This document shows, in pieces, positions 39,501-51,182 of a stretch of DNA of 64,000 nt. The notes beneath the pieces are model-generated. The model ran no database searches and was not told where the DNA came from. It saw only the letters and a list, made by a program, of their open reading frames with translations. This DNA comes from Haliotis rubra (lineage: Eukaryota), in the NCBI RefSeq assembly GCF_003918875.1, contig NW_025765586.1, positions 1-64,000 of the forward strand, in the 5' to 3' direction. A program made the position numbers and the translations under genes. Position 1 is the first letter of the stretch, and every line of letters begins with the position of its first letter.

Positions 39501-40968
39501 ATTCAGGTGTGTATTGGCCTCACTGGATGGACACCTCTGCCCACCACGGATTCTTCCCGAACAACATCGATGCTGCAGCTGAGTTCGTCTTCCTGCTGGT
39601 CGATGCAGTCAACAAAGGAACCAAAGGACAAGCACCTATGTTCTTCGAAGTCATCAATGAACCAGAAAGTCAATGGAAGAACACGGACTGGAATACCTTT
39701 ATCAAATTTCATCAGGCTGTTGCTCGGAAAATTAAGGCAAAATATCCCCATATGAGGGTTGGAGGTCCAACGTTAACTGGGGCTTCCATTTTGTTTGATC
39801 GTAATGACTTTAGGAATTGGAAACAGTATGCAGACTTTTGGATATGGGTCTCAACAATTTAGATTTTTTCTCATTTCATTCCTACACAAGTATGGATGTA
39901 AGTGGAGGCTCACACCATTTCCATGGGAGTTCCGAAGCTAAGCTTTTTGGACTTCTGGATCTAGTTGAGAGCTACTCTCATAAGAAGAAAAATAAATTGT
40001 TGGATATTATAGTCAGTGAATTTGGTCTCGGTCCAGTATCAGGACTTGATGTACAGAAGCCATCCACCTTTCTTGACTGGGCATACATTTACCAACACAA
40101 TGCCCAGATATTCACCTTTCTACAGCGTCGGGATGTCATGAGAAAAGCCGTAGCTTTCCTGCTCACATATACTGAACTTAAAGGGCAAGCAAGTATTAAC
40201 TATAGCATTCTGGACAAGACCCACAAAGAGAGGGACATTGCCCAAGCTTTCAGGTTCTGGAAGAACTTCTATGATACAATGACATACTTACGAGTAGACA
40301 GTCAGTTCCATAACTCCGAGAGAAAGATTGTACCTCACGTTTTAGTTGATCAACGAAACGGCGGCCTAACCATTCTTCTACATAACTACGACCAAAAGCC
40401 AAGTCATGTAAAGCTCTCTTTCGACAAGGGTTGGTTCCATCCGACAAGTGGAAAGTCCACCTGTGAATATCTGAATGCACAGAAGAAAGCAACTCTAGCT
40501 ACAAACCAGCCAGTTCACGTCTCCAACTCCATGGTAACCGTTCCTGCTGAAGCGAGTTGTTACTTCCAGTTCCACACAACCCACAACTTTGCCCATGCTC
40601 CTACTGTGACCCAGAAAACGTACTACTCCACCGACATGGTTGTCCCCATTCACAACACCGTCGTCGATGTTAAAGTTAACGTCCCGAACATTGGCAACCT
40701 TGACTTTGTTCGTCTGAGAGTTGGTGTCAGTTTCAGCATAAAATCTCCCCATCAGAAACTCAAGACGGTGGTTGTGAACGGTCACTCCTTGACGTCCTTC
40801 TATTCTCTGCAGACTCACAGTGGCTCTGGTGAAGACACTGTATGGGAGGTCTTTGAGTACAACGTCCCCAACAACGTTGTACACCAACACAACAACGACG
40901 TCAAACTTAGCTTCTCTGAGACTGGGGGTTATGTATCAACTGTGGCAGTGATCGTTGGAAGTCACTGA
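36518..40968 (+). CDS. GH86-like beta-porphyranase/agarase copy F (exons 36518-36746, 37455-37587, 39507-40968; -2 at the end of exon 1 and -1 at ~39838)
   Basis: Same exon layout as the other copies. Lesions are TTTGAAG for TTTGAGAAG and a T4 run for T5. Near-identical to copy B. Confidence 0.82.
37120..37289 (+). mobile_element. tRNA-derived SINE (family A), duplicate of 7450-7618
   Basis: A/B boxes, (CAGT)n tail. Confidence 0.9.
38321..38940. mobile_element. MITE nested in a hAT-like MITE (duplicate of 8631-9247)
   Basis: Same TIRs and same host element. Confidence 0.8.
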
Positions 40969-42160
40969 TGGTGATTAGTGTACTGAATCCCAATAACTGA
41001 ATAAATTCGGTTACAACATAGAAGTTGCACTTTACTTTATTTCAATGTGATGGAATGTGATATAAATCTCACCAAACCATTAAAACTTGTACTGAAATTT
41101 GTTACTTCATTAGGTCCATGTAAAATAAAACAAAACATCTGTATGTTTACAGAAATGTTGAAATTTTAAAATTTGCCATTATTGAAATCTATGTAACTGA
41201 TAAGAAAGGGCTATTAATAACAGTTCAGTTCAGTTCATGTCCATCTGCCTCTCAACAAATGTATGAATTAAAAATTGATCTAACAATAATCATAAACCTC
41301 ATTTTTATCAAAAGAGTTTCCCAGGGTCACAATTCTCGAAAAGGTGAGGTACAATGACCTTGTCACAATGGTTAAGGTATTAAGGTATCTAGAAAGATTG
41401 CTTCACACACGCACACGCACGCACGCACACACACACATTGGTTATCTTTAATCGACCATCAACTCACATTCTGGTGAAAGAAACGTCAGATTTAGGATCC
41501 TGTTGGGTACAGACGTCGCGAAAAAAGGACTATTGGGTACAGACGTTTGCCTTATTTATGTTTTGTGCACTTATCCCAATTTCGAGTTATTTAATCATTT
41601 GTCGTTCTCATTTGAACCCAAACGGACTATATATCCGAAAAAAGTCAGCAGTATGACTTTGATTAAATACAACAAGACTGCAGACCACCACCAGCCAAAT
41701 TACTTGGGATCGTAGAGAATTGCTTCTGCTTTCTGCATGATTCCAATCAGGATTAACGCCATCACTTTGGCGATCAGTGGAAAATGGTAACAATGTTAAT
41801 GGAAGGAACTACTATCCAAACATAAAGACACAATACCAGTACCATGTCGCACTAACACAATCAAAGATAACAAATATTGGAACGTGTGCAATTTTTGTTT
41901 TAGCCTTTTGGTACAAAGATTAATTTCCTTACTAATTACAGTCGTGAGGAATTTATGTAGAATCTGTTTGCACAGAAGCCAAATTGAAAATTTTATATAT
42001 ATGTACTTCAAGTGATTCTTTTGGGTATAAAATGTACATTTCTCTATAAACGTATTTATACAATACACTTACAATTATTTGTTGTTTTAATCTAAATCAC
42101 ATCACATATATACGTCTTCCATTAGTGTCTTATTAGTGTAATAGTGTCTATATTTGTAAT

Positions 42161-42213
42161 GGGGATTGTGCAGCTGATAAGATAGCAACATTCTTTCCAA
42201 CGAAAGTATATAA
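42161..42213 (+). promoter_or_regulatory. Conserved proximal promoter of copy G
   Basis: TGATAAGATAG at 42175-42185, TATATAA at 42207-42213. Confidence 0.65.
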
Positions 42214-42268
42214 GAGGTCCTATTAGCTGATTAGCACGGAGTTAATACCTAACGTAAAAGCAGTGGAG

Positions 42269-45200
42269 ATGGAATGGTTGGCACTGTTCGTGTGTCTACT
42301 ATCAAGTGTAACATGTGATTACACAGTGTCCATTTATCCTGAAATTCTCAAGATTGGGGCCGTTACTCATTTCAACCACGGGCGATGGAATGGTAAGAAT
42401 GGACTGGATTCACCGGCAAGTATTGCTCATGTTAAGGAGGTTGGAACGACGGCAGCTCGATGGTTGAACAGAGATATGGCAGGGGGACTATTTGAGAAGG
42501 TAGGACATTGATGTACTGGATAAGCACATGGTAGCGGTATAGTTATTTTCTTATTTATGTACATTTAACTGATCAACATTGTGGTTTTAGATATGTGGAT
42601 TCTAAGCGAATGCTTCTATGCCGGGAGTACAATTTGAAACCAGACGTCAGCATGTAGATTCTCTTATTTCTCAAAGTTTGTTTTTTGCCTTTATGCCCTC
42701 TTGATATGAATGATTAAGCAAGCAGGGGTATTCAATAAAAATGTCCCACAACTATTGATATTTTATATCATTAATGAGATAAATAGTTTAACAGTATCAC
42801 AGAAACATCTGACTGAGATTTGCATTCATCGTTGAACGTCACATGACCATAGATTGTGTTCTTAGAGTGGCCAAAACGCCATACTGTCCATCAGGTCCTT
42901 TCCTATGAAAAGCAAAACCCATTAATATCGGGTGAATCCACCTCTGTTCTCCTCAAGAAAATCCCCCCATTCAACGATGCATATTCCTAATGAAACTTCT
43001 AATATCAACTTAGTTCAATTCATCCAATTCAATTTTAATCAATCCGAATACATAACGTTGGTCCAACGACGATTGACTTAATCCTGCCGTTCTTGACACA
43101 CCGACGTCTTGCAGTAATATGAGATTCCGCATTATTAACCCTGTGTCCTCTCATAACATCGGTGTTTTCCCTGAAGCTCATCTCCGATTTGAGAGGCACT
43201 TTGACCACAAACCAAACAGCCCGTCTTGTGCGGCAGTTGCTGCCCTCGGTTGTGTCATCAACATTGTTCACGCTATCGTAACAGGATGGCCAATGACGTA
43301 ATAATTACACATATTGCAGTGAGTGAGTTTAGTCTTACGCCGTACTCAGCAATATTCCAGCTATGTGGTCTGTAAAAAATCGTGTGTGGACCAGACCATC
43401 CAGTGATCAACAGCATGAGCATCGATCTGCGCAATTGGGAACCGATGACATGTGTCTGACCACCCGATCCCGTTAGTGACCTCTTACGACAAGCATGGGT
43501 CACTGAAGGCCAGTATTCTAACCCGGACCTTCACGGGTCACACATAGTGCATTGAACTTTGAACTGATATTATACCACTTTCATCATTGACACTGTTGAC
43601 TATATCCTGTCTCAACTAACACTGAAACATTCAGCAAAACCATTGTTACCAGCCACAATGTTTTTAAATGTGATGAGGTAACTATGAATAACTAAGACTG
43701 TATTCCATTTCATGGCAGGCATCTCAAAACCCCAACAAGAAGGGCTACCCTGACCCCAAGTACTTTCAGACCCATCAAAAGGAAATCTGCACCAAATACT
43801 TGGACAATATGAATGGATATCACAATCCGGAAGTTGTCATGGAAATAAAGGGTAATTCAGTTTTTTATCTTGTTTAAATTAAAGACAATTTCTTAAATAT
43901 GTTAAAATATTTGCAGAAGGTTGAGAATACAAGCATGTCTTTCATTATCCAATGGAAAGATTGTATAGCTGAGAGGAATGGTTACGGTGGAATTAAACAA
44001 ATTCCACAATTGACAAGCGGAAAATTTTGTTTAAGATTCTCACGATTAAAATGGGGATATTACATGTAAAACAAACTGTGTTTGAGATCGGGATCGGGAA
44101 GTAGCTCCACACACACCACCACACCACACATCANNNNNNNNNNNNNNNNNNNNNNNNNNNNNNNNNNNNNNNNNNNNNNNNNNNNNNNNNNNNNNNNNNN
44201 NNNNNNNNNNNNNNNNNNNNNNNNNNNNNNNNNNNNNNNNNNNNNNNNNNNNNNNNNNNNNNNNNNNNNNNNNNNNNNNNNNNNNNNNNNNNNNNNNNNN
44301 NNNNNNNNNNNNNNNNNNNNNNNNNNNNNNNNNNNNNNNNNNNNNNNNNNNNNNNNNNNNNNNNNNNNNCTCTATTCATATAAACAACTATCAGAGAAAG
44401 AAGAGGGAGGGCTACAAACAGTTGCCTTATGTCTATTGGTGTTATCGTTACCCACCTGGTTTGTATCCAGGTGTCACTTGGCCTCACTGGATGGACACCT
44501 CTGCCCACCACGGATTCTTCCCGAACAACATCGATGCTGCAGCTGAGTTCGTCTTCCTGCTGGTCGATGCAGTCAACAAAGGAACCAAAGGACAAGCACC
44601 TATGTTCTTCGAAGTCATCAATGAACCAGAAAGTCAATGGAAGAACACGGACTGGAATACCTTTATCACATTTCATCAGGCTGTTGCTCGGAAAATTAAG
44701 GCAAAATATCCCCATATAAGGGTTGGTGGTCCAACGTTAACTGGAGCTTCCATTTTGTTTGATCGTAATGACTTTAGGAATTGGAATCGGTATGCAGACT
44801 TTTTGGATATGGGTCTCAACAATTTAGATTTTTTCTCATTTCATTCCTACACAAGTATGGATGTAAGTGGAGGCTCACACCATTTCCATGGGAGTTCCGA
44901 AGCTAAGCTTTTCGGACTTCTGGATCTAGTTGAGAGCTACTCTCACAAGAAGAAAAATAAATTGTTGGATATTATAGTCAGTGAATTTGGTCTCGGTCCA
45001 GTATCAGGACTTGATGTACAGAAGCCATCCACCTTTCTTGACTGGGCGTACATTTACCAACACAATGCCCAGATATTCACCTTTCTACAGCGTCGGGATG
45101 TCATGAGAAAAGTGGTAGCTTTCCTGCTCACATATACTGAACTTCAAGGGCAAGCAAGTATCAACTATAGCATTCTGGACAAGACCCACAAAGAGAGGGA

Positions 45201-45933
45201 CATTGCTCAAGCTTTCAGGTTCTGGAAGAACTTCTATGATACAATGACGTACTTGCGAGTAGACAGTCAGTTCCATAACTCCGTGAGAAAGATTGTACCT
45301 CACGTTTTAGTTGATCAACGGAACGGCAGCCTTACCATTCTTCTACATAACTACGACCAAAAGCCAAGTCATGTAAAGCTCTCTTTCGACAAGGGTTGGT
45401 TCCATCCGACAAGTGGAAAGTCCACCTGTGAATATCTGAATTCACAGAAGAGAGCAACGCTGGCAACAAACCAGCCAGTTCACGTCACTAACTCCATGGT
45501 AACCGTTCCTGCTGAAGCGAGTTGTTTCTTCCAGTTCCACACAACCCACAACTTTGCCCATGCTCCTACTGTGACCCAGAACACCTACTACTCCACCGAC
45601 ATTGTTGTCCCCATTCACAACACCGTCGTCGATGTTAAAGTTAACGTCCCGAGGATTGGCAACCTTGACTTTGTTCGTCTGAGAGTTGGTGTCAGTTTCA
45701 GCATGAAGTCTCCCCATCAGAAACTCAAGACGGTGGTTGTGAACGGCCACACCCTGACGTCCTTCTACGGTCTACAGACCCACAGCGGCCCTGGTGAAGA
45801 CACTGTATGGGAGGTCTTTGAGTACAACGTCCCCAACAACGTTGTACACCAACACAACAACGACGTCAAACTTAGCTTCTCTGAGACTGGGGGTTATGTA
45901 TCAACTGTGGCAGTGATCGTTGGGAATCACTGA
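42269..45933 (+). CDS. GH86-like beta-porphyranase/agarase copy G, intact 608-aa ORF (exons 42269-42499, 43719-43851, 44471-45933)
   Basis: 231+133+1463 = 1827 nt open frame; signal peptide MEWLALFVCLLSSVTC. Putative acid/base Glu in VINEP (codon 44623-44625, about E173) and nucleophile Glu in VSEFG (44983-44985, about E293). AATAAA at 45965. Intron 2 contains an N gap. Confidence 0.9.
43319..43539 (-). mobile_element. SINE family B in intron 1 of copy G
   Basis: Consensus match; TSD CACACATA(T/G)TGCA. Confidence 0.85.
44134..44369. other. Assembly gap (N run) in intron 2 of copy G
   Basis: Run of N. Confidence 1.
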
Positions 45934-46029
45934 GTGTTCAACATGCAAGTTATCCTAATAACTGAATAAATATTTTCAAAACCTCAATAGTTATACTCAA
46001 ATATATCACCAAGTGAAGTGCAATTGGGG

Positions 46030-46842
46030 AGTGAATGAGTTTAGTTTTACGCCGCTTTTAGCAATATTCCAGTAATATCACGGCGGGGCTTGACATGCTG
46101 TGGCCATGTGGGGAATCTGAAGTACAAACAATCAATACTACATCTGTTAGTCTTTCAATCATAATGGACGACCATAGCTTGTAAATAACATTTCTAAAAC
46201 CCTTCTTCATTGTTTTTTTTGTTTTCTGTTTGTTGTTTAACCCCCCACTCAGCAATATTCCAGCTGTATGGCGGCATTCTGTAAATAATCGAGTCTGAAC
46301 CAGACAATCCAGTGACTGACGTTGTGGGCAACAATCTACGCAATTGAGTGAGTGAGTTGGTGAGTTTAGTTTTACGCCACACTCAGCAATATTCCAGCTG
46401 TATGGAGGTGGTCTGTAAAGAATCGAGTCTGGACCAGACAAGCCAGTGATCAACAGTATGAGCATCGATCTGCGCAATTGGGCACCGATGACATGTGTCA
46501 ACCAATTCATCAAGCCTAACCAACCAATCCCGTTTGTCACCTTTAACGACAAGTATGGGTTGGAGACCAATTGTACCCCGGATCGTCGTGATACATTTCT
46601 TGATGAAGGAAACAGTATTGAGGCAAATATTTTCACTTCGGCTTTAAATAAAAGATGGATATAGTGGTACACTGCCTTAGATTTTCCCGTTCAGTATCAA
46701 TAACAAAGCAGTGAGTTGGCAATATTCCGGCAATATCAGAGCGGGGGAAAAGGGCTTCACACATTGTACCCATGTGGGGAATCGAACCCGGGTCTTCGGC
46801 GTGACGAGCGAACGCTTTAACCACTTGGCTACCCCGCCGCCC
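46030..46842 (-). mobile_element. Cluster of SINEs: family A fragments (46030-46115, 46715-46842) and family B (46245-46340 partial, 46345-46583)
   Basis: Reverse-complement matches to both consensuses. Confidence 0.8.
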
Positions 46843-47069
46843 GTTTAATACACTGAAACTGTATTGGAGTTGATAAACAGCGTGACAGCATGGTACGTAG
46901 GATGTGAGTGACTGAGTGAGTGGATCGGAGTGGGTGAATGAATGAGCGTCCTCAGCTCCCTGACATGGAACGTTTAAGAGAGTCAGTTTTTCAGCCTGTA
47001 CGTCTCGAGTGTGTAAGGAAGTTTGATTTTACCCAACATGAACAATACAATAGTAATATCACGTCTTAC

Positions 47070-47300
47070 CTGTTCAAATAATCCATTTCTCAAATCTCTA
47101 TTCAACCATCTGGCAGCTGTTGCCCCAAATTCCTTCACATAAGGAATAGTTGTGGGGCTGTCCAGTCCATTCTTACCATTCCATCGCGAGTGTCTGAGAT
47201 GAGTAACTGTCCCAATCTTCAATATTTTAGGATAAATCGACACAGTGTAATCACATCTGGCGCTTTATAGTATACAAATGAGAAGAGTCAGCCATTTCAT
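47070..47300 (-). pseudogene. Inverted orphan exon 1 of the GH86-like gene (copy H, E-type)
   Basis: 231-bp exon MKWLTLLICIL*SARCDY...LRNGLFEQ|GTAAG with an in-frame TAA at codon 12. Followed by ~150 bp resembling copy E intron 1. No exon 2 or 3, and the promoter block is absent. Confidence 0.88.
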
Positions 47301-47399
47301 CTCTACTGGTTTTACGATAGATATATCGCCGGTCAGTGCCACATTATTCTCCCTGCGGTGTTTTTTTTAACAAAATATTATCATTATAATACCTTCATT

Positions 47400-47640
47400 G
47401 ACCCGTGAATTTCCATGATAGAATTGATCTTCAGATCTTCAGTAACCCATGCTTGTCGTAAGAGGCGACTAACGGGATCGGGTGGTCAGGCTCGCTGACT
47501 TGGTTGATATGTCCTCGGTTCCCAATTGCGTAGATTGATGCTCATGCTGTTGATCACTGGATTGTCTAGCCCAGGCTCGATTATTTACAGACCGTCGCCA
47601 TATAGCTGGAATATTGCTGAGTGCGGCGTTAAACAACAAA
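47400..47640 (+). mobile_element. SINE family B upstream of pseudo-exon H
   Basis: Consensus match. Confidence 0.85.
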
Positions 47641-48124
47641 CCAAATACGACTTTTTCTTAAGGATCATTTTCCTAAATTTAAAAGTATTTTCGCCTAATT
47701 AAACAATGATGATTTCCTGATAAGAAATGTCGAACAAGTCTATTTCATAAACAAGTAGGTAACATTTAATAATATACAGATACAAATGTGCCAGGTGGAT
47801 AATTCACGGCCATTATCCGTAATTTTGCTTCCAGTCACACTCACTCACTCCAGCTATATTTAAGGAGAAGAACCCATTATGTCCTAAAAATAGCATAGCC
47901 CAATTTACGTTGTCTTCAGGCTGAGAGCGTATGTTCCGATCTCTAGAAATGTACACTGTACAAAATGTTATACATATATACATAAAATATTTATGGTTTA
48001 TGTTATATTAATATTTTATTCATTGTTCTTTACGATTTATGGCGTATCCGTCTTATAAACCGCGATACGAATGTATGACTCTTGATGTTCAAAGAAAGAA
48101 ACGCTAATTTCTATCTTAACACAT

Positions 48125-48365
48125 AAATAATAATAATGCACTTGTATAGCACCTAAAAAATGAAAATAAAATAAACAGAGTTATTGGTTGAAGAGATAGG
48201 TTTTCAAGTCACGGCGGAATAACTGGACAGAGTCCGCAGATTTGAGAAATGTTGGGAGGCTGTTCCACAGAGTTGGAGCCACAACAGAAAAACCTGGCTA
48301 GCTGACTTTGTCTTCGTGAAGGGTACACAGAGCTGGAGTTGATCAGATGAGCAGAGTCTACGAGC
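48125..48365 (-). mobile_element. L2/CR1-type LINE 3' fragment
   Basis: Minus strand encodes FSVVAPTLWNSLPTFLKSADSVQLFRRDLKTYLF; (TTA)n tail. Confidence 0.75.
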
Positions 48366-48569
48366 AATTATCAGTGTTAAACGAGAAGCTTCAGCTGGAA
48401 ATAATATAAACGTTATCTAAACGGCTGACATGTTCCCACAGGCCTTCAGGCCATGTATGACATTTTTTCCCGTTTTAATTTTGGGGAAAATGACAAAGAA
48501 AGTCTTTATCTGAGTGTCTGTGAGAAACAGAATATATTACAAGTGTTGTCATTCACGTGTGGAAGTTAG

Positions 48570-49084
48570 AATAATTTTATATGGTAATATATTGTATTCT
48601 GAATAATTCTATATGGCAATATACTGTATTCTGAATAATTCTATATGGCAATATACTGTATTCTGAATAATTCTATATGGCAATATACTGTATTCTGTAT
48701 AATTCTATATGGCAATATATTCTGTATAATTCTATATGGCCATATACTGTATTCTGTATAATTCTATATGGCAATATATTCTGTATAATTCTATATGGCC
48801 ATATACTGTATTCTGTATAATTCTATATGGCAATGTACTGTATTCTGTATAATTCTATATGGCAATATACTGTATTCTGAATAATTCTATATGGCCATAT
48901 ACTGTATTCTGTATAATTCTATATGGCAATATATTCTGTATAATTCTATATGGCAATATACTGTATTCTGTATAATTCTATATGGCAATATATTCTGTAT
49001 AATTCTATATGGCAATACATTCTGTATAATTCTATATGGCAATATGTTCTGTATAATTCTATATGGCAATATACTGTATTCTGA
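48570..49084. repeat. Minisatellite with mixed ~27- and ~32-bp units TCTGTATAATTCTATATGGCAATATA(CTGTA)T
   Basis: About 17 tandem copies visible. Confidence 0.92.
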
Positions 49085-50134
49085 AACAGAGTTGTAATTG
49101 AATAACTTGTGTTTGTTCAGAATCAGTTGAGGTTCATTGTTTTTTAACAATAGTTGTCAGGAATGTATTAGTGCTATATTGGTATATTGCGATGCTTCTT
49201 GACTCCTGTCTATACTAGGGGTCTTGTATATCAGCGCAGAATAAATCAGCATGGCATGGAATATTCCAGAAAGTTTAAACTCAGTGTCAGGTCAAATACA
49301 CATATCATAATCTCACATTACATCATTTTCACTCTAAATGTCTAGCTAAGGCCTAGTTTGGAAATTTACTGTTCTTGCAGTGAATATTATATTATTGCTG
49401 ACTTTCTTGCCAATGGCATATAGCTATAGCTATTATATTTAAACTGCCATTTTAACAATTTTGTACTGCAACTCTGTTGAATATAGCCACTAATTTGTAC
49501 TAACATATAAACCTGGTTAAGTTGAGAATATACTTTTGTATTAATGTTTGTTGTTTGTTTCGCTCTGAATTCTTCTGTAAACAGTTCTATTTAATGGTTT
49601 AATTTGGAATCGACAAATAGCACAAAGTTTCCATATTATATTTTAGGGTATTACATGTATCTATTTAGTGAATGACTTGAATTAACTGGAAACGGACCGG
49701 GACAAGATATACTACATACTCGTGTTAATAAACATGCTAAAAGGGACTATCATTCTAAAATCTGTATTCTACTTGTACTGTAAGTCCCCATGAACCCTAG
49801 TATGGTGATCAACCTTAAGTTTCTGGCGATCCATACCCTGTTTTTATATTGTATTGTTCTCTTTAATATATAATATCGTTTTATGGTAACATGCTAGTTT
49901 CACAATAATATTTGTGGTACACTAGTCTCTTTACTGTTCATTTTTTATTTCTAATTTTATTGATCTTCAATAAATAATTAATTGTTCTCGTCACGATATG
50001 GCTGAAATATTGCCGATGTGACGATAAATATTAACTCACTCATTCACTATAATCCACTTCAGGTTGTAAACATATTTCATCCTCAAGAGAAACGTAAGTT
50101 GCCTCAATAGATGTTTATCGGGCAAATGTTTCTC

Positions 50135-50410
50135 AAAACTGAGAACTAAGGTAGGGCTTTAAAATAGGGAGTAAAATGTTGTGACTTTATAAAACTGAGG
50201 ACGAAGGTAGAACTTTAAATAAGGGATAAAATACTGTGATTTTATTAAACTGAGGACGAAGGTAGAACTTTAAAAAAGGGATAAAATATTGTGATTTTAT
50301 AAAACTGAGGACGAAGGTAGGACTTAAAAAAGGCAAAAATTATTGTGATTTTATAAAACTGAGGACGAAGTTAGTACTTTAAAAAAGGGAGTAAAATATA
50401 GTAATTTTAC
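50135..50410. repeat. Minisatellite, ~56-bp unit AAAACTGAGGACGAAGGTAGAACTTTAAAAAAGGGATAAAATATTGTGATTTTAT, ~5 copies
   Basis: Direct tandem repeats. Confidence 0.9.
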
Positions 50411-51182
50411 AACAATGGGGCGCCACGAACACCTCCAAGACAAATGTAAAAACCATTAACCCGACAGTGCAATAAAAGTCAGTTCCCTGAGTAACAGCGT
50501 GTGAACTTTGAAACACATATTCTATTGGCAATAAAAATGACTGTCTGCATGTTTAAAAGTGGCTCCCAGATATCCTCTTATTATTTTTTACTCAAATCGC
50601 GAACCATTTGGATCATGTATTCGTCATCTGAAGTATAACGTGGGATTTTCGGCATTACTTAGTGACAGTATGATGAATCGAAAGTGTTGCTTATTGCAAT
50701 TATATATTTATATAGTATAAGTTAAAGCATTGTAAATAAAGCGGTTTGTAACATGGCGTGCATTGTAGATATATGTATTTTTAATGATTGGAGGTTTAAA
50801 TTAGTAACTGAGATTGCTAGTGGTTGAAATCCCAAAGGGGTTAAATTGTTGTTAAATTACTGCCCTCCTGAGAGGGTACATATGCCCAAAACATTCAAAG
50901 TAAATTCAAACTAACCAGATTTTTTAAACGTAGTATTTTTGTGATTTTTAATTATGGTTAAATTTGACTACAATCGCCAACAGCTGAAGGGATGGTGTAA
51001 ACCCAGTTGGAGTCCATGCAGGGAGCAAAAGTACTGAAGTCCCCATGGTCTTTAGTATGGTGATCTACCTTCAGTTGTTGGCGATCTACCATTTGTATAT
51101 TGTGTTGTTATTTAACAGTTTACTATTTGATATGCTCCCAAACTAGCTTTAAATAAAATGTGATAATCTAGTTGTCCTACTA

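Noticed and set aside
40495-40890. Antisense and alternative-frame ORFs over exon 3 in several copies
   Set aside because: Shadows of the conserved sense CDS, with no independent signals.
42860-43300. Possible Tc1 N-terminal relic on the minus strand (QPRAATAAQD)
   Set aside because: Too degenerate to support without a search.
1-47300. Bacterial contaminant or polysaccharide utilisation locus
   Set aside because: Spliceosomal introns, polyA signals and animal SINEs within the genes; no operon partners such as SusC/D or sulfatases.
48570-50410. CRISPR-like periodicity
   Set aside because: Contiguous tandem units with no unique spacers and no cas genes, in a eukaryotic context.
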